Below, piece after piece: positions 42,789-50,777 of a stretch of 64,000 nucleotides of DNA. The stretch spans positions 886,570-950,569 of the forward strand of contig OZ242184.1 of assembly GCA_965205855.1 (NCBI GenBank), given 5' to 3'. The notes below the pieces were generated by a model that was not told where the DNA came from, did not search any database, and saw only the letters and a program-made list of their open reading frames with translations. Within the stretch, counting starts at the first letter, position 1. Every line of letters starts with the position of its first letter. The translations under genes were made by a program, and so were the position numbers. Origin of the DNA: Thermodesulfobacteriota bacterium. GTDB taxonomy: Bacteria > Desulfobacterota_D > UBA1144 > Nemesobacterales > Mycalebacteriaceae.

Positions 42789-43547
42789 TCAATTATGCCA
42801 CAAAAAGGGATGGAGTGTCAAACTATACGGCGACCGCCTGATAGTCGGGGAGTTCACCCATTGTTTTCCCTCAAGAGCGCGTCCCGTCTTCTTTTTGTTC
42901 ACACCGCCCCATTGTTTGAAGAAAAACGGAACCCCGCTTTCAACGCAGTTGTCCCTGATTTCCGTAACCCATTCCTCTTTCATCGGTCTTGCGCCGGGGC
43001 CGGACTCTCCACCGACAATGACCCAGTCTATGCCTGACAAATTGAGGTTTGGAAACGGGGCAAGCAACGGTTCAAGAGAAAGAAACTTCACGCAAGCATC
43101 GGTCTGTTTTAAAACTTCTGTACGGGAAAGATATTTCTCGGACTCTACGCTTGTTCCCATCCAGATGTTGGAAGTCCAGTGCAGGTGTTTGTTCGCCTTC
43201 ACAACCCTTTCCGGTCTTTTTGTGAGAACCTGAAAAGTGTGTTGAGATGCTTCGTTCATAACTTCAAAAACGGACATAATGAATTTTGCGGGAACATCCT
43301 TGTGGAACAAATCGCTCATTGAATTGACAAAAACTATTTTCGGTTTTTTCCATTTAAGCGGGTCTTTCAAAGTGTGTTCATGAGTGGTGAGTTTGAAACC
43401 GTTTCTGTATTTCTCCATCCCTTGAGCGTGAAGCCGCTTTGCCATCCGCTCGGCGTAGCAGTATTTGCAACCGTGGCTGATTTTTGAACAACCGGTAATG
43501 GGGTTCCATGTTGTGTGAGTCCATCCTATTTTGGAGGGTTGGGTCAT
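42789..43547 (-). CDS. DUF5131 / phage Gp37-Gp68 family protein (Cys-cluster, radical-SAM-like)
   Basis: 252 aa. N-terminal [27 protein letters not shown] signature as I recall for Pfam PF07505. Its start overlaps the res stop (TAATG). Confidence 0.75.
   Translation of the reverse strand: MTQPSKIGWTHTTWNPITGCSKISHGCKYCYAERMAKRLHAQGMEKYRNGFKLTTHEHTLKDPLKWKKPKIVFVNSMSDLFHKDVPAKFIMSVFEVMNEASQHTFQVLTKRPERVVKANKHLHWTSNIWMGTSVESEKYLSRTEVLKQTDACVKFLSLEPLLAPFPNLNLSGIDWVIVGGESGPGARPMKEEWVTEIRDNCVESGVPFFFKQWGGVNKKKTGRALEGKQWVNSPTIRRSPYSLTLHPFLWHN
42792..42821 (-). promoter_or_regulatory. candidate rplU-rpmA promoter embedded in the last codons of the upstream DUF5131 gene
   Basis: On the minus strand, TTGACA-18 nt-CATAAT. 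The -10 hexamer spans the final His-Asn codons (CAT AAT), directly before the TGA stop of the DUF5131 ORF. A GGAG Shine-Dalgarno and the rplU ATG follow within about 30 nt. Confidence 0.45.
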
Positions 43548-46090
43548 TACTGTTTGTTGATAACACCGTTTATATCGTCCCGCCAGCTGTCTTCAAACAT
43601 CATCCTGAAAGTAGCGGGCGTCTTATTGATGGCCATTTCGCCTCTGTCAAGGGCGATCCTGTATGTTTTTTCAAGCGTGTCGAGCAATTTTTTCTTGTAA
43701 CTCGTATCTTCGCTGCCTTTCAGGTGGATGCCCTTTGTTTCCAGAATTAGCAGTTTTCCGTTATCTTTTCGGCAGGCCACAAAATCGGGATACACGCGCT
43801 GGCGTCGCCAGCCTTGCAGATAGTACGCTTGTCTTGCAGCTATTCTGTGCCACCAGTAGATGGCGTTGCTCTTATCCAGATAAAGCGCAAAATCCCGCTC
43901 CAGACCGTTAAAACTACTTTCATAAACAGGTTCAAAAAGGTTTTGCTGTATAGGTCTGCCATGTTCGCTCTGTAATGATCTTTCTTGACTGGAAACAAAA
44001 ACCTCGAACGACTTGCTCAATTCGTAGTCCAGTCGCTGGTCGGTCTCAAGGTGAAACCGAATCACATTCCGCCCAACCTTTTCCCGAAACACCGCTTCGG
44101 CCTCGTCGTCTATGGCCTTGTTCACGCGGCGGCTCAATTCTTCGGAAAGGTAAATTCGGTTATTCAACAATTTGCTTTCATCGTGTTTCCTGTTTTTATG
44201 TGTTTGAATAAACCCCTCCGCCATGCGCGCCGCCTGCCACGGATTGGGCACCTTGTCCACAAGCCGCCGAACAAAATAATCCACGCTCAGCCGCTTTTCG
44301 CTGTCAGGGATTTGTTCCGAAGCCTTAACCTGCCCTTGAATGTCCACCGTGGTTTTGATCTCCTGAGTGATGTCTCTATCATCCAGATTCACCGCTGCGC
44401 CCGCGTCAATGGTGTCCCAATCAATCGCGCTTAATATATCGCGGTCGTAATCAATGGGGCGCCAGGTGCGCCCCGCTTTGTGTAACACCTGCGGGAGAAA
44501 AATTTTCAATGGCCGGTATTTACCACGACGTTTGACGGTGGTCGGTTTCGGTGCATCGCCCTCGCCATGCCCGTGAACAAAATCGCCAAGCCCGGTCAGC
44601 CCTTCATTCTCCAGGCCGGCCTTCACGCCTTTGATCGCCTTGCCTACGACCTGATTATAGCAATAGATATAACACTGGTTCAGCGCATCGCCTTGTGCGA
44701 TTCTGCGTGCATGGGGTTGCCGCATCACCCGACCGACCATTTGCGTGATGGCGGTGGTTGCGGTGGTGTTATCCAGCAAGGCAAGCAGATATGCAAACGA
44801 GCAATCCCAGCCTTCTTTCAGCGCGTCTTTGGTGATAATCCAGCGCACCTCGCTTGTCTCGCTCAACAAATCCTCACCCGCAAGTTCCTTGCGTTCCGAT
44901 GATTGAATCCTGATGTGATTCTCCGGCACAGCAAGATTTTGTATCAGGTATTCGCGCGCATCCTCCGAATGAATTTTTCCTTGCCCTCTTTGTTTTGCGC
45001 CCGTTCTTTCCACCCTGACCAAAGCGATGGGTCGGATATGGCGGTTTTCCTGTTCCTGTAATTTTTGCGCCGCACTTTCAAGCTCATCCAGTTTTTCCTG
45101 TGTTTTGGCAAGCGTGTGTTCCCAGTCGGAATTGCTGAAACTGTGAATCTCTATCGGCAGTTTGATCATCTCCTCGTCCTGGAGGTCGCGGCCCGATGTG
45201 TTGACCAGGATATTGCTGATGCCGATTTTCGGCGTGGCGGACAGTTCAAGCACAAAACGGGGGTTGAGCCGGTTGACGGATTTGACAAACTCCTGGTTGT
45301 TTTGATTATTCGGTCCATATGCTTTATGCGCTTCGTCCAAAATCACCGTGGGACGAATCAGTTTCAGCACATTGATCAGGCTTTGCTTAACCCAGTCGCC
45401 GGGTGCATTTTTCTCCAGGTCGGGATGGTGTTCCGAAAGCGTTGCATTGGCCGCCGCGTCATCCTGCTCGGGAAAAAACGACATATACCCGCTGCTGTCG
45501 CGGAATATTTTGAGAAACTCCCTGTTCTTTTGCCGGTTGGCGGAGGGTAGCATCAGCAGCATAATGCAAAGATAGTTTTCGGTATCCTGTCGGGTAAAGC
45601 GGTCGGTTTTTTGCAACAATTTGACCCTGCCGCCAGACATATGTTCGAGCATCTGCCGGTAGGTATGTTCGCGGGTGTGGAACGCCTGGCGGGTCTGCTC
45701 GTAGATCGCCCGGGTCGGCACAATCCACAACACAAAGCCGGTATCCCGCTTGATCCGCTCAAGCGTGGCCACGCCCAACAGCGTCTTGCCGCCGCCGGTC
45801 GGCACCTTCAGGCAAACATGCGGGATGGGTTCGCCGGATGCCGCAGTGCGGGAAATGTAGCCGGGAACTGCCATGTCACCGTCTTGGGAAATGCCGGGGA
45901 GGATATTTTGATCTTTCAGCGCCTTCCAAGCTAAGAGGGGATAGTTTTGCAGTTCTTCAGGAATATCAATCCCCGACTCTTCAAGAGCTTTGCCCGCCTT
46001 TTCACTAGTCAGCCGCGCTTCCTTGAGCGCGTCCAGCCAGCGGTCTAACTGTTCAAGAGCTTGTTGCTGATAGTTTTTCAGGGAGAGCAT
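43547..46090 (-). CDS. res: Type III restriction enzyme Res subunit (SF2 helicase plus C-terminal nuclease)
   Basis: Helicase motif I VPTGGGKT, motif [10 protein letters not shown], motif [12 protein letters not shown], and a C-terminal PD-ExK-like YPDF...LILETKG. The ATG at 46090 ([13 protein letters not shown]) is preferred because the tracked start at 46225 overlaps orf185. Confidence 0.85.
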   Translation of the reverse strand: MLSLKNYQQQALEQLDRWLDALKEARLTSEKAGKALEESGIDIPEELQNYPLLAWKALKDQNILPGISQDGDMAVPGYISRTAASGEPIPHVCLKVPTGGGKTLLGVATLERIKRDTGFVLWIVPTRAIYEQTRQAFHTREHTYRQMLEHMSGGRVKLLQKTDRFTRQDTENYLCIMLLMLPSANRQKNREFLKIFRDSSGYMSFFPEQDDAAANATLSEHHPDLEKNAPGDWVKQSLINVLKLIRPTVILDEAHKAYGPNNQNNQEFVKSVNRLNPRFVLELSATPKIGISNILVNTSGRDLQDEEMIKLPIEIHSFSNSDWEHTLAKTQEKLDELESAAQKLQEQENRHIRPIALVRVERTGAKQRGQGKIHSEDAREYLIQNLAVPENHIRIQSSERKELAGEDLLSETSEVRWIITKDALKEGWDCSFAYLLALLDNTTATTAITQMVGRVMRQPHARRIAQGDALNQCYIYCYNQVVGKAIKGVKAGLENEGLTGLGDFVHGHGEGDAPKPTTVKRRGKYRPLKIFLPQVLHKAGRTWRPIDYDRDILSAIDWDTIDAGAAVNLDDRDITQEIKTTVDIQGQVKASEQIPDSEKRLSVDYFVRRLVDKVPNPWQAARMAEGFIQTHKNRKHDESKLLNNRIYLSEELSRRVNKAIDDEAEAVFREKVGRNVIRFHLETDQRLDYELSKSFEVFVSSQERSLQSEHGRPIQQNLFEPVYESSFNGLERDFALYLDKSNAIYWWHRIAARQAYYLQGWRRQRVYPDFVACRKDNGKLLILETKGIHLKGSEDTSYKKKLLDTLEKTYRIALDRGEMAINKTPATFRMMFEDSWRDDINGVINKQ

Positions 46091-46091
46091 A

Positions 46092-46649
46092 TCACGGATT
46101 TTTTGAGTCAGTACTGTCTGAATTATTTGGCAAATTGATGATTTCAACAGGCACATTCCTTTTACCAACTGCAAGACCGACAGCGTAGTTACGGATAATA
46201 GTTTGATCCATTTCCATATCCGCATAGCCTTGTGGATAGTACGAACCCCTTAGAATTTCCATCTGTTCTACCTTAAAATCTAGCACCTTGGCCATTGAGC
46301 TAAGCATCTCCGTGAGCAATTCCATTTGCTCCTTGCCGAGTCGTTCATAGTGCGAACGAGAATCATTTTCTTCGTTAGGCCTCTTAGCATGCGTTTCACC
46401 ATAATGCTTGCGGAGTGCTGCCCATTTTTCTATAACTTCTTTATGCTTAACAAATTCTATCTCAACCAGATTAATGGCTCCGACATAATCAGGTGATAAA
46501 CGCGCATTTCGTGTACGCATTAACGTCTTGAATATATCCATTTTTCGCGCCTTTTGTTCGCGCCATCTGTCAAGAAGACCGTTAACCCAGACAGCTGCGC
46601 AAGGACCGATTAAGATGGCTGCAATGGTGATGATAGAATATGAATTCAT
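46092..46649 (-). CDS. hypothetical membrane-anchored protein (185 aa) between mod and res
   Basis: N-terminal TM helix SIITIAAILIGPCAAVWV, then a charged helical region. Visibly AT-richer than the flanking mod and res sequence. Start lies 2 nt after the mod stop, and its stop lies 1 nt before the res ATG. Confidence 0.6.
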   Translation of the reverse strand: MNSYSIITIAAILIGPCAAVWVNGLLDRWREQKARKMDIFKTLMRTRNARLSPDYVGAINLVEIEFVKHKEVIEKWAALRKHYGETHAKRPNEENDSRSHYERLGKEQMELLTEMLSSMAKVLDFKVEQMEILRGSYYPQGYADMEMDQTIIRNYAVGLAVGKRNVPVEIINLPNNSDSTDSKNP

Positions 46650-46651
46650 GT

Positions 46652-48115
46652 TTATCTTATACCCTCATATGGTAATTGGGCAAAAGTTATCCCCATCTCG
46701 GTTAATGCTTTTTGTCCCATGAATTTGTGAGTGGCGAACACCACCGCGGTTTTCTTTTTTGCCTTGGCCTGTTTGGCGATGCGTTCGGCGCGGGTGCTGT
46801 TCAAAGCGGAATCCGCACTGCGCAGAAAATCAAGGTTCGGCTCGTAGATCAGGTAAAACATTTTGTCACCTGCTTCATAAAATAAACCGTCTTTGCCACG
46901 CCTTGTTTTCGGGTTGAGTTTATGCGGCGATTGTCCGCTTGCGGTATAGATCAGATGGCGGGCAAAGGTTTCATAGCCCGGCAGGTTCCTGCCGGTGAGC
47001 ATTTTTTCAATGCTGATTTCATCGCCCAGTGTGCAATAGGCAAAACTGCCGCCCAGTCCGTTTTTTAGGTTCTCATCCTTTGCTTTTGGTATGCCCTTTA
47101 TCACACGGCGAACGCGCTCGGCGGTGATTTTGTCGGCGTAGTCTTCGCATTCCACCAAGATAAATTTGCGGTTGCCGCCGTCTTCCTTGTTCAGCGCAAG
47201 CACGGCGTGGGCAGTGGTGCCGGAACCGGCGAAGGAGTCGAGGATAATGGCGTTTTTTGTCGTTGCCAGTTGTAAAATCTTTTTCACAAGGGAAATTGGT
47301 TTGGGGTTTTGGAACTGATTAGAACCAAACACCGTCCTCAACTCGATTGTGCCGTTGGTTGTTGTACCTACATCATCCCACCAAGTGCTAGGCGTTAACC
47401 CCCTTCGGCGTGCCTCTGACAAAAAACGTTTGCGCTGAGGTCTGGAACTATTTCTCTTTCCGAATACGATTCTATTGTCTGCAAGAAGCTCCTCAAATTT
47501 GTTCAAATCGTTTTTCCAGCAATTACCTTCAGTGGGGTAAAATATTTCTTTTGTTTTAGGGTTTCTTATCGGATACATCTGATTAGGTCGAACCCCACCA
47601 GCCTCAAATGGATCCGCCTTCCATGGGCCTCTCGGATCATTATCAGGATTTTTGAATCCTTCTAAAATGGCAGGAAGTTTGAAATCTTTTCTAATGGTTT
47701 TTAATACATTCAGTTGTTTAGCATAAGCTATATTATGAGTGTGTGATATTGATACTAATGCAGGATTTGTAATTGATTTTGTGCTATGCCACACAAAATC
47801 TGCAACAAAATTCTCCTCCCCAAAAATCTCATCCATGACCATCCGCAGGCGGTGCTGTTCATTGTCGTCGATGGAAATAAAAATTACGCCATCTTCGGCC
47901 AGCAATTCTCTTAACAACTGCAATCTTGGCCACATCATGCACAGCCATTTGTCGTGCCGCTCCAGGTCTTCGCCATCCACCGGACTTTTGCCTTTCAGCC
48001 ACGCCTTCATCATCGGGCTGTTGACATTGTCGTTATAGACCCATTTCTCATTGCCGGTGTTGTAGGGCGGGTCGATGTAAATGCAGTTGACGCGGCTGGC
48101 ATAGCGCGGCAGCAA
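46652..48115 (-). CDS. mod: Type III-like DNA methyltransferase Mod (beta-class N6/N4), main frame downstream of a frameshift
   Basis: Motif IV IDPPYNTG precedes motif I DSFAGSGTT. The frame stays open upstream of the tracked TTG start up to the stop at 48203..48205 (..SFSEKWGGNPSLDDNLIIHGDNLHALKA). The N-terminal 37 codons lie in another frame (next feature). Confidence 0.85.
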   Translation of the reverse strand: MLPRYASRVNCIYIDPPYNTGNEKWVYNDNVNSPMMKAWLKGKSPVDGEDLERHDKWLCMMWPRLQLLRELLAEDGVIFISIDDNEQHRLRMVMDEIFGEENFVADFVWHSTKSITNPALVSISHTHNIAYAKQLNVLKTIRKDFKLPAILEGFKNPDNDPRGPWKADPFEAGGVRPNQMYPIRNPKTKEIFYPTEGNCWKNDLNKFEELLADNRIVFGKRNSSRPQRKRFLSEARRRGLTPSTWWDDVGTTTNGTIELRTVFGSNQFQNPKPISLVKKILQLATTKNAIILDSFAGSGTTAHAVLALNKEDGGNRKFILVECEDYADKITAERVRRVIKGIPKAKDENLKNGLGGSFAYCTLGDEISIEKMLTGRNLPGYETFARHLIYTASGQSPHKLNPKTRRGKDGLFYEAGDKMFYLIYEPNLDFLRSADSALNSTRAERIAKQAKAKKKTAVVFATHKFMGQKALTEMGITFAQLPYEGIR

Positions 48116-48150
48116 CGCCTTGAGCGCGTGCAGATTGTCGCCGTGGATAA

Positions 48151-48291
48151 TCAGATTGTCATCAAGGGAAGGGTTACCCCCCCATTTTTCGCTGAAAGAG
48201 ATTTTTTAGTGTCTATCTCAAGTGTCCTGGACGGAACAGTCAGGTGGTGCGCATAAATGAGTTGCTTCCCTTTGAAATCAATTGTCGGCAT
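48151..48291 (-). pseudogene. mod: 5' segment of mod in a different frame, separated from the main frame at a G7 tract
   Basis: The ATG at 48291 opens MPTIDFKGKQLIYAHHLTVPSRTLEIDTKKSLSAKN followed by the G7 run (plus-strand C7 at 48177..48183). As written, the frame ends at the TGA at 48151. One extra G joins it to the Mod main frame. Confidence 0.7.
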
Positions 48292-48448
48292 TGAAAACCC
48301 CGTAAATCAGTTTGATATTGGCTTTGAAGATACCCGATTTACTCCCCCAACCTAAACCCCTCAACCTCCCGATGCACCGCCCCTTCCCGTCTCAATTCAC
48401 TCTCCATCAAACAAACTCTTTCAGAAGCAAAACCAAGTTCAAACTGCG
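48285..48448 (-). repeat. direct repeat copy A: thpR(ligT) 3'-end fragment, downstream spacer and first 7 nt of mod
   Basis: Identical base-for-base, by manual alignment, to 51106..51269. Its inner end is truncated by the IS1380-family remnant. Confidence 0.9.
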
Positions 48449-48768
48449 CCCGCGGTGACATGGAGAACCGGATCAAGGATCAGCAGTTGGATTTGTTTGC
48501 GGATCGCACCTCTTGTCACCGCTGGTGGCCCAACCAGTGCCGGCAGTTGCTGTCAGGGTTGGCTTACACGTTGATTGAGGGATTGCGGCGCCTTGCACTA
48601 CAGGGCACCGAACTGGCCAAAGCCAGTCCTCACAGGATCAGGCTGACACTGCTTAAAATCGGTGCCGTGATCATCCGCAACACGCGCCGCATCCGCCTAC
48701 TGATGAGCAGTGCTTATCCCCATCAGGCGTTGTTCCGCACGGCAGCCTATCGGCTCAACTCCCCATAA
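48449..48768 (+). mobile_element. IS1380-family transposase C-terminal remnant (pseudogene)
   Basis: Encodes only ..ARGDMENRIKDQQLDLFADRTSCHRWWPNQCRQLLSGLAYTL..., which resembles the conserved C-terminal block of IS1380 DDE transposases. About 340 N-terminal residues are absent. Confidence 0.65.
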
Positions 48769-48959
48769 ACCCAACCCAGTGCTGCCCCGGCATGTTGATA
48801 AACAATGGGGGTAGGGGGAGTTGCGCCCGAAATCTGTGAACAACGAAAGAATTGATCAAAGAACAGGCAACTGCATCATATGATGCATCGACAGGGATGG
48901 CGCTACCGAAAAATCGACCACCACCGCTTCACTCATGAAATATCCGGGATAGTCTCGCT

Positions 48960-50099
48960 TTATTTTCGGATGAGAAACAGAAATTCTTTATTCGGATCGC
49001 TGGATTCCCGCAACCACTCATTTGTCCATTTCATGGCGGCCATCACATTTTTTTTATACTCAATTTTTGCGCTATCCACAATTTCTCCGTTACGCGTTAT
49101 CACCTCGTTTAATTCCTCCGCGGTTGCTCGTCCACCGGAACTGTAAGAGAGCAAGATCCATCGGCAAGGAGTTTCCTTCAGCAAACGCTCTATGGCTTCC
49201 ACCACAACCAATCGTCCTGATTTGCTTCTACGAAATTCCTCGAACACTGAAGTCGCCACTTTATCGGATGTGTCTTTTCTGCGGAGGGACTTGCCAAATA
49301 GCACGGGATGATCATTTTTACATATGGTCGTCCACAAATGATAATATGAAGCGTACCGAACCCTTGAAGGTGGCATTTTTTCATTGTTTGACCCATACGG
49401 AGGATCAAAATAAGCAAGATCGGCGTCCGCTTCGGGAAGTACCTTAAAAACATCACCACACAGCACCGTGTTTTCGATTTCATTTTTCCACAACCGTGGC
49501 ACTTTCAATTGTAAATTTTTGAATGAACGCGGCGACCAATCTTTTAAATAAGAAACAAAATGACCAAGAGTACTGTCTATCTCATTCAACCCTAAAATCA
49601 GGCTTGTCAATGCCACACTTTTGGAAACGTCATCCAGCATCAAGGCATCGATCTCTCTCCTGATTGCATCAAGTTTTCTTGTATTTTTTTTCTGCCAAGG
49701 CTTTTTGGTTCCATCCTTCTGAATAGCATTATGGCAAGTTCCAGAGCGAACATCACCACCGTAATTCTCAGTAAACCATCCGTCTTCCGGAGGAAGCGAA
49801 TTTAAATGATCAATAAGAGGTTGGTATATTTTCGGGTTTTTTAAGTTTTTCAAATAGCACGTGGCAAAAATTCTTGACCATTCGGAAATATCATTTGATA
49901 CCACGCGATATCCTGCTTGTGCAAAAGATTGACTTACTCTGGTGGAGCCTGAAAAACCGTCAAAAATGCTTTTTGCTCCGGTCTGTTTTGACAGATTAAA
50001 AATATGTGGAAGCAGTTTCAGTTTTGAGCCTGCGTAATTGATGCCTTCGGTTTTTGGAACATCAATCCAATCACGAAAAATTTGAACTTGCCCTTGCAT
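48960..50099 (-). CDS. adenine-specific DNA methyltransferase, alpha-class (Dam / D12-like)
   Basis: 379 aa. NYAGSKLKLL, motif I FDGFSGS, motif IV FDPPYG, and a C-terminus ending in EFLFLIRK typical of D12-class enzymes. Confidence 0.8.
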   Translation of the reverse strand: MQGQVQIFRDWIDVPKTEGINYAGSKLKLLPHIFNLSKQTGAKSIFDGFSGSTRVSQSFAQAGYRVVSNDISEWSRIFATCYLKNLKNPKIYQPLIDHLNSLPPEDGWFTENYGGDVRSGTCHNAIQKDGTKKPWQKKNTRKLDAIRREIDALMLDDVSKSVALTSLILGLNEIDSTLGHFVSYLKDWSPRSFKNLQLKVPRLWKNEIENTVLCGDVFKVLPEADADLAYFDPPYGSNNEKMPPSRVRYASYYHLWTTICKNDHPVLFGKSLRRKDTSDKVATSVFEEFRRSKSGRLVVVEAIERLLKETPCRWILLSYSSGGRATAEELNEVITRNGEIVDSAKIEYKKNVMAAMKWTNEWLRESSDPNKEFLFLIRK

Positions 50100-50776
50100 T
50101 ATGTAACTTTAAAGCGGGAAGCCTGCTTGAGTCTAACAATATCATCTTTCACTTTTGCAAGAGCCTCATTCTGGCCGAAATCAGAAGAAACAAGCGCGTG
50201 AGAAAATAGTTGGACCAAGATAGGATTGTGAGAATAATCAACCCATCCATTGGTTATGCTATCAAAATAGTTTAAACCACTTTTTGTATGAGTCCAAAGC
50301 CCTCGCTGGAGGGCATTGGCGGTTGCGCTTCCATAACGCACCTCGCAAATATAAGAATCGCTTGCATCGTAGAAACGATATACTGGGTGCTTTCTACCTT
50401 TCTTTTTTGTTTCTTTTACTATTTTCACCGTTTCAGTTTCAGCGCGGTGGTAATCGAAGACAAGAATATTACACTGTCGATTTTTTTCGTCATAAATTAA
50501 TGGCAAAACATTTACATTGTAAAAATCCGAGAAAGCGGGGTCGGCAAGCACTCGTTGTACATTTTTCTTGCCCACTATTTCATCCCCCTCTTGTGCCAAT
50601 CTCGGAAACATTTTGAAATTCTTGTCGGTTGAAAGTTGAAGGGGACCATCACCATACGCTTTGATGCTAACAGGAAATTCAGCTTCGGTTACTTCATTTA
50701 TTATTTTGATGTCTTCTTCCCGAGATTTGGCTCTGTATAAATCTTTGCCAACATGGATCGAGCGAAAATCATACAT
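50099..50776 (-). CDS. hypothetical protein, candidate Type II restriction endonuclease partner of the Dam-like methylase
   Basis: 225 aa. Its stop overlaps the methylase start. Possible PD-ExK-like element (FYDASDSYICEVRYG). No family recognised. Confidence 0.4.
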   Translation of the reverse strand: MYDFRSIHVGKDLYRAKSREEDIKIINEVTEAEFPVSIKAYGDGPLQLSTDKNFKMFPRLAQEGDEIVGKKNVQRVLADPAFSDFYNVNVLPLIYDEKNRQCNILVFDYHRAETETVKIVKETKKKGRKHPVYRFYDASDSYICEVRYGSATANALQRGLWTHTKSGLNYFDSITNGWVDYSHNPILVQLFSHALVSSDFGQNEALAKVKDDIVRLKQASRFKVT

Positions 50777-50777
50777 A

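Noticed and set aside
46091-46225. 45-codon N-terminal extension of the res ORF
   Set aside because: It overlaps the 3' end of orf185 in another frame. The helicase family N-terminus (M.LKNYQ..A) begins at the ATG at 46090, 1 nt after the orf185 stop.
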